NCBI GenBank assembly: GCA_051294375.1
Contig: CM119267.1
Location: 10,039,458 to 10,103,457, forward strand
DNA: 64,000 bases
Source: Paraspadella gotoi
Lineage: Eukaryota > Animalia > Chaetognatha
Direction of reading: 5' to 3'
Shown: positions 10,796 through 22,150 of the stretch, in pieces
Position numbering within the stretch: the stretch's first letter is position 1
How the letters are laid out: every line of letters begins with the position of its first letter
Program-made: the position numbers and the translations under genes
Notes under the pieces: generated by a model
What the model was told of the DNA's origin: nothing
Databases searched by the model: none
Seen by the model: only the letters and a program-made list of their open reading frames with translations

Positions 10796-12304
10796 CTAGA
10801 CGAATGTCGTATGAGTGTAGTTTACCTGGAATCAAATGTTCAATAATGTTTATTCAATATTCATTAGCTTTATTTAAAAACATTAATATTGACTAATGAC
10901 GAGGGTTGTTAAATTTTAATCAATATTTATACCTTCATTGTCGTGAAATTAGAAAGAAACGGACAAAACATAGCTAACGCTGTTCCCATAATTGCCAGCA
11001 TGTAGCCCCAACCAATTTGACATTCGTCCGCATAGAATGGCCTAGGGAACCAGCAAATTATAATTATAATTAAATTGGAATGATTTATTTGATTTAAAAT
11101 GGACATCCTTACCTCGAATTTTCTCCGCAGTTTCGCTTGATGTAAGGAGACCCGAAACCAAGGGGGAACACTATCAATCCAGCCGTCATAAGTAAAACTA
11201 AACAATCGAGAGTACGTAAAATTGTAGATCAATTTGTCGGGGATTTTTATTGGTTTTAACCCCCTTTCAATCATAATTTTTTTTTTTTAAACCGAAACCT
11301 GATATGGACTGAAGATATCCCGTTATTAAAGCAGCTTTTTTGTCTACTTTTGTGGGCAAGCAAAGTGTGAGCACCGCCAACGTGGCGCCTGGTTGAAAGA
11401 AAAGAAAGCAGGGAAATGTAGCTGATAGTTATATTATATAAGGTGGCAAGTAAATAAATAAATATATTACCTGTCATGTATATTTATAAATATATTACAG
11501 GTCATGTATATTCACATTATAAGTAAATAAATATATTATGTATATATCCATGTATGTGCTGTATATTTACATTATAATTACTCCTTCGGACCGGCAAACA
11601 AACCAGAACCCTTCTTCAAATACAATGTATCTAAACAAATTACAATCTCGTACTCACCGAGGCAAAGGATGAGGCACCCGAGGCTAAAGAGGACGAAGGC
11701 CGTTTGCCACTCCCGCGACGGAAGGGACTTTAGGTCCAGGGAAACCTCGCCGAACAAACGGCACGAGTGGGCATGGCCGCGTTGAGTAAAGTCGCGATAG
11801 CAATATGACAACATCCCGATGGAAGACAATGTCTCTTTGCGAAGAAGCCACGAAGGCTGCGGAGGGATCGTTGTTTTGTCAATGTACAATTATACATAAG
11901 TTTAACTTTAAAACATATTTTGGTGGTCTCATTTTTTATACTTTCTGATTTTTATTTTGTCAAGTTAAAATATTAAAAAAAAAAAAGAATTTCATCTTGG
12001 TTGTTCGATTTACTTAAAAGGAAACTTTATTCAGAAATAATATAATTATTATGAGTATAAAAACAAACAGACCGAGAGACAAACAGACCGACCCAAAAGA
12101 TAGTTACAAAACTATAAAAAAGTACTTGCCCGAGCCGAAACATAATATATAAGTTTAGTGGCAGACTATTTATTTAATTTTCATTTTCTTGAAAACGCCC
12201 TGTCAAATTTTTTTGATCCACACCTGCATGAGTGAGAATCCGCAGGTGCCGGCGACGAGGATAGATAACAACGACCAGATGACAGCGATAGGCGTGGACG
12301 CCAT
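10796..12304 (-). CDS. LHFPL: LHFPL-family tetraspan membrane protein (most like LHFPL7/TMEM211-type)
   Basis: Exons 12304-12224, 11856-11658, 11388-11299, 11197-11113, 11041-10933 and likely 10825-10796 (otherwise stop at 10927); all GT-AG and in phase. Protein MASTPIAVIWSLLSILVAGTCGFSLMQPSW...SIGMLSYC...C..FG...LPSREWQ...GCLILCLGATLAVLTLC...GYLQSISVLLMTAGLIVFPLGFGSPYIKRNCGENSRPFYADECQIGWGYMLAIMG has four TM segments and the P.G....v...CG.....y....C.igWgy.la family motif. Symbol is family-level only. Confidence 0.88.
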
Positions 12305-13862
12305 GACGGGGATGGACCGCAAGCGAGGTATGTGAACGTCACGTCTTAATACGTTCGTCCACATGCTCAATGTTTTTGTCGGTCGAAGTTTTAACCACTT
12401 TTGTTTTTTTGATTTTGTTGCTCTCCAGGTATCGATCTCGTAGAGACCAAAGCTGTTGTGGATGTTTCTTTTAATCAGATGGACGTATTTAGTATAGATG
12501 TATGTGTATTTTCCGACGGAGTTTCTTCGTCGAACAATAGCTTTCGCTGAAGTATGTGGCACGTTTTATTGTTTCGAATAAAAAAAAGAGAGATCTTTTT
12601 CCTGACCGGGGTTGTTATCGACGTTGGCGCTGTTGATGGTCTTTTTATTGGTTTTCTTGACATTCACGATGGAGTTTTGCTTAACCGTTTGCGTCCTTTA
12701 AAATATTTTTTTATGGCCTATTTTTCAAGCGTTTTATCTCAAGCAGAGTTTCGTAAGAGTAAAGCTTATATTTTAAACGGTGAGTTGATTGATTTTTTAT
12801 TTTGATTCCTTAACGTTTTTTGTGTACTCCACGTCATGTTTTGTTTTGAGACATTCGTAGAACGTCGCGCCCGCCAAGGCCTTAGTCGCCTCAAGCTGAC
12901 ATTTGCCTTCCGGTGCCACGTCTTTTTTTTTCGCTTTCGCCCTTTCTTTTTCTATTTTATTATTTTTTCACTTTATTTTTTTCCGTTGGCGAACACAGCG
13001 GCAGCGTTTTATTGAATTTTTTTCGGTCCCGTTTCAGACTGGCGGCGCTGATTTGATTTTCTCTGTAAAACAAGAAAGATTTTTGATTATCATTGTTTTT
13101 TTTTACTCAAAGAAAATGTTATTTATGGCCCATGCCGATGTAGTGATTTTTTTTTCGAGAATCGGTAAAAAGGAATAGTAATTTATTACTAACTTTGTAA
13201 AGAAGTTGATCTTTACGATGATCTCGGCCGGCAAAAACAAACAACTATGTATTATATGTACTCGTTCATGCTAGTTTTCGTGAAAAGAAACCAAAGTTTT
13301 CTCCTTTGTTCCCTTTCCCTTCCGCGACTGTCCCAGTGATTGTCATTCCTTTACTTTTCTATATCCAGCTTGAGTTGATGCTTCTTTCCACCTGGTTTCT
13401 CCTTAAAGACCCCGGTGGTCTCCCAGAGGTCGCCCCGAGTTCACCGATTTTTTGACGTGGATCCTGCGTTAACGACCCCTTCGCCCCGAGAAGCCTGAAG
13501 GATATGATAACAGGTCCCTGTTTTTCCCCTTTTTTTATTTTCGTTGATTGATAACCGGCGCAATTTTCATAAGGAAAACAATACGTATTATTATCAAAAT
13601 TAAACTGAGATATTAATTTTGTTCGTGCGGAAATTTATAAAAACCTAAAGAACTCTAGGCTTAAAAGACCACATGAAATTACATGATATAAAAGTTGCAA
13701 AATTACTTGTTTCACTATCTTTAGTTTTTGTTTTTTAGATTTAAAATAACTATTATTTAATATTTATGATTTTATTTATTTGTTAATATATATATATATA
13801 TACGTAAAAAAATATTCCCAACAGCCCGTATATATATTATACAAGGATTTTTCAAAAAATAG

Positions 13863-13902
13863 AATAAAGTGCAAATGTCGGAACATAAGTGCTATAAAGC
13901 GT
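13863..13902 (+). repeat. Left copy of exact 40-bp direct repeat
   Basis: aataaagtgcaaatgtcggaacataagtgctataaagcgt, identical to 18833-18872. Confidence 0.95.
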
Positions 13903-15749
13903 GGGTGCCAGTCGTTTCGCACGATGGGGGGATCAAGTTTTCTCTAGAAATCGATATTTTTCAAAATTCCGAGGTCACGCCCTTAATAAAGTGAGGCAAT
14001 ATGGGTATATTCGGAAATCGTAGGTTCTTGGGAAGGACATGAATGGGGAGCGCGAGCTTAATTTTCGAATTTTCAGTATTAAAATGCATTTGAAATAGAT
14101 TGGTTCTACCCCTTCGAATCTTCCTCTCCGTAGACCAGCTCGTTCTTCAATTTATAGAAGGTATTTGGTCTCCTCCAAGCACCTGATTAAAAAAATGGAA
14201 AAAAAATTCCAAGCTTGATTGCTTGTTTAGGTAATCAAATAAACAACTTTTTTAACCGTTAATTCCGACCTCAAGCCGTCAAAAAATGTCTATTTTGAAT
14301 ACACCGAAAGAAAGCCCAGTGAGTCTACTTTTAATTTTTTGGGGAGCGCGGGATCGGTTTTCTAAACGTTAAAATAAATCCGAAGAAATCAAAGGGCTTT
14401 TGTTTCGATTAACGTTTTATATTGGACCCGACCGAGCATAATGACTCTACCGTGAAATCCTAATCCGAAAGCCATGGCCTTGCGACGAGCAGCCGCGGCT
14501 TCAGTTCAGGAAGAGGATTTTTGTGACTCGTTTATTATGAAACATCTTTCCCGCTGGACTTTTTTAAATAGACTTTTTAAAATTAATTAGGTAAAGTTTG
14601 TATCATTTATCAAGTTTATAATAAGTATTTATTAAGTATTTCATAAACGCGTGCTAGTTCTTCCTTTGTTTTGAGCGTTTGGTCAATGGTCATGAGCCGG
14701 ATCAGAGGAGTATGTTCATTTGTCATCAAAGAAAGAGGACTGGAGAGAGCGACCCTCGTCGGACCAAGGACTCATTTATGACTCATTAATGACATGGCGC
14801 CTGCTCACCAAGGAATCACGAAAGGTAAAATTTATAAATGTATTTTGTACACGTTTTATATGTATAATTATTTAAATTTAATACACTCTCTTTTTTAATC
14901 TGTATAAAACTAAGTTTTCGTTGTCTGTTTGAGTGCCAAATTACTAGATTGACAATTGTGAAAGAACCCCCTCCTCGACCTAGCGGAGAGGGAGAAGACG
15001 GGAGAGACTTTACAATTGCAATGCAATGCGTTTTTACTTAAGTAAAGGAATTTTATATTTTTTTGTTATCCATCGGAATGTTAAGATTTTTCGTTGAGCA
15101 TCGGAATTTCTTAGCGTTATCCGTTGGAATTTTAGTCAACGCGGCCTTCGATTGTCGATGCGCGTCGATGGCTGACGTAAGTTTTCGCGAATTTTTCCCA
15201 CGTGTAAATGCACGTTACATGGTGACATTTTTACAAGCGCCGGTAGAAAAACGCTGTCATTTGCAAACCCATGAAGATTTTTACAATGTTAAATATGAAT
15301 TCAAAAATAAAAAACCAAACTATTTATATATGCAAATTTTATCAGAATCGACTTTGATATGCCTCAGCAATGATAAATCGTCTCTAATTTTTAAACTAAC
15401 TTTTTTTAGATTTAATTTTTTTCTCTTACTTTCAGTAAGCTTTCTGAAGAAATTTGAAATAAAATAATACTAATATTATTATTTTCTGAAAGCCCTTTCA
15501 AATTTTATTAATTTAATTAAGATACTCAAAAACGAGACATCTTTTTAAAAATCAATAGCTGGAAAGTAAATTTATGATTTTTATTAAATTGTGATTGGCT
15601 ATCTTAAATCTTTTTTTCTCAGGCTCTTTCATGATACTTATATATTATATAAATAATAATATTTTATGTTATAATAATTTACACAGGTCATATATTTTGA
15701 AAAAGGATTTAAAATTTTAAATAATTCACTTTTGACACTTTCGTAAGTA

Positions 15750-16334
15750 AATAAGGCGTAGTAAAATTTCTAAATTTAACTTTAATTAAAATTTTAAAAG
15801 TGAGGAACGAACAACATTATACTAATAAACATTTTTGTATAAAAAAAAATTATAATAAATTTTAGAATTTACGCAGTAGGCCATATTTATACTGTACTAA
15901 TCCAATAAATGTTAAAATTTAAAACAGTTTTTTCTAAGATTTTTTTGTAGATTTGGATTGTCATAAAAAGAAATATACTTTTTTAAAAAAATTCTTTCAT
16001 TAGTGGGTCAAAAATTAGAAATGCTATATTTTAAACTGAAAATTAACTTTTTATATATTAAATATAGTTTTTTTAATTTTAACCCACTTAATGAAAGAAT
16101 TTTTAAAAATGATTTATATTTTCTTTTATAAACTTTTGACGAGGAATTCAAATCTGCAATCTAAATTAAGAAAAGCCTATTTGAAATTTTTCGATTTATA
16201 AGGATAGTACTATAATATAAATAGCGCCTGGAAATTAAAAAACATAAAATTATTTTTTTGCAATTTGTTCATGATGGTATGTTGTTTATAATTGACTTTT
16301 AAAATTTCCGTACGTAACTTTCACTACGCTCTAC
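15750..16334. mobile_element. AT-rich foldback/MITE-like long imperfect palindrome
   Basis: attctttcattagtgggtcaaaaatta (~15991-16017) pairs with taattttaacccacttaatgaaagaat (~16074-16100); gtagatttggatt pairs with aattcaaatctgc; outer gcgtagt pairs with actacgc. Confidence 0.7.
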
Positions 16335-16438
16335 TAACCACCCCTAACCCTAAACCACCCTTAACCCTAACCCTTCCTTAACCCTAACCCTTCCTTAACC
16401 CCTCCCTAACCCCGGTCGGCGAAAGTAAATGTAACCCT
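16335..16438 (-). mobile_element. Copy of the TTAGGG-carrying TIR family end, nested in the 4.9-kb TIR element
   Basis: (CCCTAA)-like tract 16335-16412 runs directly into ccccggtcggcgaaagtaaatgtaacc. Confidence 0.65.
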
Positions 16439-18319
16439 ATTCATTAATGGTACTCATAATTTTACTTCTTTACAGACTCAAAGACAGAAAGAGAGAAAAA
16501 CTTTTTATTTCATCACGATCCTCTCTGACCATTAAATCTTGTCTGACGATGATTTCGTCTCAAACAAAGCGGCTCATGGATTTTCACGTATTTGTGGAGG
16601 ATGGACCAGCCAGTCCTATCTTATGTAAGTATTAAGTAGTACTGACTACTGAGAGTACTTGTTCAATTTTCATATAATTCGATGACCTGTCTGTTCTATT
16701 CTCATGCAAATACATATTGCCTAAGTATTTAGAAACACATATAATAATAATACCGTCAAATAATGTCATTTTTAATTTAATTTACAGATGGATGTTGTAC
16801 TATATGGCTTATTAACTATACGAGTTGTAACGTCACTTGATAGGCGATCTCTTCCAGATTACAAACTTGTAAATTCAGCAAAAACAAAAATACATACAAG
16901 TTAAGCGATGAAAATGAACATGAAAATTCGCGCTTACCTGTCATTAAATCATATGCCAAGTCGTTTTAATTAATTATTGTATTAATAAAGTTTTCAATAA
17001 AATATTGTTTCAAAAATTTGTCGGTTTACTTGATATGGGGGAGTAGATAAACAAAAGTTAAATATGAAACTATGCTGTAATGCCCTGTAGTTTGTTATTT
17101 ATTCCTTTATTTCTGATATTAAGGTTCATTAAGGTATATAGTAAATCACTCCAAACGTCGTCCTTGCAATCCGCGATTCCAAGTTAAATTTTCAAAGTTT
17201 GGACTTTAAATTTTTAATTTTGTAATCAGATGAATAATAATTAGTGTTTAACTGTTTATAATTCTGATTTTTAATGCCAAATAAATCTACCTTATAACTG
17301 CAACTTTGGGCTACCATTTTTGATGAAATAAGCCAGTAAATACAGCTAAATGTTCAAGATTTTAAATTTAAATAATTTAGAGTAAAGAATTCTTTGTGAC
17401 TGTAGCTGATCTGATCATGATCAGAGCAGATGTTTATAGTTCCGAGTAACCACGGTACGTTTATCAAGCCTTAAATTTTTAAATATTTAATGTACTCTGA
17501 AAGGAAAAAGATTAACAAAATTTGTTTATAAATACGCACTTGATAGTGGATTTTCGTATAGGAAGTCATTTCCCAAAAGCTTTTTTCATCCGATTTTAAT
17601 TTTTTAAATTTATTCTCAAATGTTTCCCTCATAAAAATTTTTTTAAAAGTTTAATATAGAGAGATGGATGAAGAGAGCCACCCATAAAGCTTCCAACAAA
17701 GATTTAGAAAAGGACACTTCTTTGGTGGTAAGGATAGATAAGATTGAGGAGAGTGAATAAGAAATGAAAGAATCAATTTCAGTAAGAGCAAAGATATTAA
17801 CAAAGTAAAATAATTTTAAACATTTGAAGGGAACAATTATTTATTTTCAAGTTTTTTAAGTGAAATAAATTTAATTTAAATCAAATTAAAATAGAAATTT
17901 AATCAAGATTTACACTAAGAGAAAGTGAAATTATAAAAATAATAAAGAGCTCAAAATAGCTGGTCAGTGGTCATTCCTTTCTTATAATTTTATTTTNNNN
18001 NNNNNNGACTTTTCGAGCTTGTCTACAAAAAACGTTTGGGATTCTTTTCATCAGATAAGTTGCGACCAAGTGGACCATTCTCACCTCAAGGGGCGTAGAG
18101 AGCCAAGCTTCTCTACAAATTGATTATGCTTCTTTTTCCTTTTATATTAAATGTAAATGCAAAATGTATTAATAAATCAAATAATTAATCAGTCAATTAA
18201 TCAATTACTCAATTAATCAATAATTAATTAATCATCTAATATATCAAAAACATTTCAGATCAAATTAATTAATTGCCTAATTAATTAATTAATTAATTAA
18301 TTAACTTGAATTAATTAAT

Positions 18320-18374
18320 TATTTACCGATAATGATCGTGGGCAGATCCGACATTGTTTGCTCAAACTTGTTTA
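18320..18374 (+). mobile_element. 3' end of a second HINE-like copy
   Basis: atcgtgggcagatccgacattgtttgctcaaacttgttt is the reverse complement of ~6045-6080. Confidence 0.7.
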
Positions 18375-18832
18375 AGCGTTTCCTTATAATTTTAACTCTT
18401 CATCCCGTCTCATTTTATTACTCATTCATAGTCATTTATTTGCTTAGTTAGTTTTGCATATATCGTACAAAAATAATGTATCTTCACCTTTATTTTGTTT
18501 ACTTCGGTATAATTATTTCCGCTGACTACGATTTTTTCAGTCATTTCTTATGAGGCCCTGATCACGCATACGAGGCCTAGGCTGAAATTCGGCGTTCTAA
18601 TGATTTGAACTACGTAGTACTTTCTTTGTAGATCGAAAACGAAATCGGTTTAAATAGCGCGAGTTGATCCCTCGCGACCGCGTTTTTCGCGGTCTTTTTT
18701 TGCCGATTACTTCTGAACGCGTCGTCCGATTTACATGAAATTTTGGATTTCGGCTAATTTCGCAATTCTCTTTCCAACGGTACCAAATTTATATAGTAAA
18801 TACCTCTAGTTTCGAAACGACTGGCACCCCCA

Positions 18833-18872
18833 AATAAAGTGCAAATGTCGGAACATAAGTGCTATAAAGCGT
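18833..18872 (+). repeat. Right copy of exact 40-bp direct repeat
   Basis: Identical to 13863-13902; separated from the right TIR by 3 nt (cca). Confidence 0.95.
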
Positions 18873-21547
18873 AAGGCTAATACAGCAATATCCTACTATT
18901 TATTAATGAGGTTTTCTTAAAGTTAATAACTTTGAACCCGTTGACTGGGACGCCTCTTTCAGTCTTGGAGGGGATGGAAAATGGCATTTAGTGAATGACT
19001 AACAGCGTGAACGACAATCAACTCCTAACGAAAAAGAAAATATTTCTCTTCGTTAGAACTTTGGCAAATGCAAACGGACGACGGTTTAATGCGTTCTCCG
19101 GGGAGAACTCGGATCGCTCTCGTCGTAAGTACAGTAGTTTCTGCATTTTCAAGGTTCTCACTCAGACTCACTTCCTTAGCCTCTCCTCCCTCTTTACCCC
19201 CTCTCCTTTCCTCTCCACCCGTCTCGTAAGGTGGTTTGCTTAACTGCCTTCTAGGGTAATGGGCTTCGGTTACTGGCTTTACCGTAAAGAATCACTCCTT
19301 TCAAATCCCCCCCCCCTTTCCCCGCTCTTTAGTTACGGGCTCGGCAAAAGATTAAAGCGTTACGAATAGCGCTCGTAAATAATGAAACAACATCCGTGCA
19401 CAGCATACTTATGGTTTTTAAACTATTTTCAATGTAGTTATAATGTTATCTATAACTCAAGAGCCTCAGTCTCTGCTATTCTCCGTCAGCTCGAAGTCAA
19501 ACGAAATTTTGGGTTTAACATTTGTTGTGGCTCTGAGTTTGGTCAAGCGTGCTCGGGTAACGGCTTCTCTTGGAAACGACCGCGTCTCTATTTTTCATTT
19601 TCTGTTGAGCGAGGAGAGGCGAATTTGTTTATCACTGCAAATACTCGTTGAGGAAACGATTTAGGGGTCACCGTCACCGGCGTCACCACATTTGAAAACA
19701 GTTTAGTAAAAAACAGAATCCTCATGATCATCACAGCGATAGATGCCGACGCAACGGAAATACCTTGGAAAAGTATTTATGGGGGAGGGAGGGAGAGAGA
19801 GAGAGACAGAGAGAGAGGGGGAGGTAGGCAGGAGGTAGGGCAAAGACGTATCGTTAAATTGATTAAAATAAAAGATAAGTATACTATGAGTAATTGAGTA
19901 TACCATAAGAAAAGTATTATTTAACTGATAAGGATACAATTAGAAGTATACTACATAAACATATATCAACGAAGGAAGTAGGCGTGGTTTATTTAGGAGA
20001 AATTAGGGAAGTTTTATTAACATTAAATAAACGAGGAGATAACGATAATTGATGGAGATATATGTATAGGATCTGATGTGATGCCCTCTTGCGAAGAGAA
20101 TTCGTCATAGGAATAGAAAAGTTGGACGAAGGGAGGTTCGGTCGGTGTAAAAGCGAATTTCGGTCAGAAAAGGAAAAAAAAATTGTCACGAGCCAGACCC
20201 CCCCAAAAAAATGGAGATAAGGAAGGTCAGGAGGACAGAGAGAGAAAAAGAGAATAAAAAATGAAGAGAGAGATAAGAATTTGAGACGTGAGTTCTTTCA
20301 AAATTATACAAAAGACTCATTCCATAAAAGAAAGATAAAGGCTAAATGTGAAATATTATATTTAAGTATTGGGCGAATTAAATAAAAAAAACAAAAAAAC
20401 ATGATGGCAAGATGAGTCTTTCCACGGTCTCCGAACACCACTTATATTTATGATTATTATCATTGGCTTGGGGTCCCTCAAGTAAAAAAAATAAAATCCA
20501 GGAAATCATTCCTTAAATTAAAACTATTTTGAAAGTTAATCATGTTAATCATTTCGCAGTTGACGCTGCTCCAATTTACGACCGCAATCAAGTTCCTCTT
20601 CACGAAGTCGAAAGTCGTTGATTGGTCGAGGACTCGTCCTCGTTCACAATCACATTAAAAATTTATCCTTCGAGGCGATCCTCCCAGTTGAGAAGGGAGA
20701 CATAATTGCATTGTCCGTCGACTGTCCTCTTCTCTCGATTTCACTCTCATCGATATTCGTTTCCATCTCCTGATCTTAACTCCGCAGCGTCAAATCGCTC
20801 GCCAGGGACGTAATCAGTTCGACGAGGAAAAAAAAATGGGGAGAACGATGGTGAGAAAGATTGTAGGCGAAGGACAATTGACAAAGACTAAGCCGTTTCC
20901 ATATCATGTGAACACTGAAAATGACTTTATACATATATGACTTACTATCTGTGGCGCGGTCTTAAGTTGCACCACAGCGTGACGGAGGCCGTGACACTGA
21001 AGTGACAAGGCACTAAGATGTTGACAAGTCCATTGGCTTCTTACATCGCAGGGAAAGGATTTCACTTGATTCTAATTGATCATTTAGATCCTGATTGAGA
21101 TTGTTTTATCTAATCGTTTTGTTAATCAAATTAATTACATGAGATTATTGAAGTTGTTTTTCCACATCTTAGATTAATGTACTCATTACATTATTTGTGA
21201 GAAAGAATAAAAAATACTTGTTATCATGAGAGTGATAAGCATCATGTATTTTACTTCAAGTATTAAAAACCAGACTGACTGAGCTCAGTCAAACAATCAT
21301 AAAGGTAAACAACTGGCTAGCAATCAATTAAACAAAAGATTTTGTAAATAAGGACCTCTTCAGTTGATCAGAGGAAACAAAAGGTTTCAAATTCATTTCT
21401 ATATCTTTGAGTGGCCAAATATCTAGGAAAAAAGTATATAACATAATTCATTTATTCAATAAAAAGTATACAAAACATTGGTGAAACATTCTCAATATTT
21501 GGTATGCTCTTCCTTGGCATCGACTACTGCCTGCATTCGTCTGGGAA

Positions 21548-22150
21548 TTAAGGCGGGCCAAAATTGAACGCTATATAACTTCTTGTTCTCTCAAAAAATT
21601 CCTTTTTTCCTTCTATTACTAAATCGATTTTCAATGCAACTTTGTAAATTAGTTCATTGGGTTGTTGCACTTAAGCTTTTAAATATTTATTAATATATAA
21701 CAAATAACAAAAAAAATTTTTTAAATTTTATTTTTTAAGAACGGATTCTTACAAAGCTTGAAAAGTTAAATGAAAGTTAGTATTACGATTTTTAAAAATT
21801 TTGACAATAAATTGGTTAAAAATAGAAAAAACTTTAAAAAATGATCATCATCATCATCATTAGTTGAATTTTATAGTTTTTTAAAATTTTTATCAATAAA
21901 ATGAAAAAATTTAAAAAGTTGTATTAGTAACCTTTATCTAACTTTTAAAGCTCTACCAGAATCTATTAAAAATTTGAAAAATTGAAAAAAAATTTTAAAC
22001 TTTATATAGTAATAAAATAATCTTTAAATGCTTCCGTGCGCTTATCAATAAGATACTTTTAAAAATTATTTTTATTTTCATATTTTCTAACAGTCACTTA
22101 ACCATTATTTATTTGAGAGAACTTCTAGTTTTTAACCTGTTCCCGCCTAC
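21548..22150. mobile_element. AT-rich foldback/MITE-like long imperfect palindrome
   Basis: Ends aggcggg / cccgcct; ttctctcaaa pairs with tttgagagaa; agcttgaaaagtta pairs with taacttttaaagct; (ATC)n near the centre at ~21845. TTAA on the left only. Confidence 0.65.

Larger units (their letters stand above)
13903..18829. mobile_element. 4.9-kb non-autonomous TIR DNA element with nested insertions; superfamily unassigned
   Basis: Perfect 17-bp TIRs GGGTGCCAGTCGTTTCG (13903-13919) and CGAAACGACTGGCACCC (18813-18829). No intact ORF inside. Contains a 10-N gap at 17997-18006. Confidence 0.75.

Noticed and set aside
19590-19765. Minus-strand open stretch after an acceptor-like ttccaag (GISVASASIAVMIMRILFF...)
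   Set aside because: Only ~58 codons, no partner exon or recognisable motif; not enough to call.
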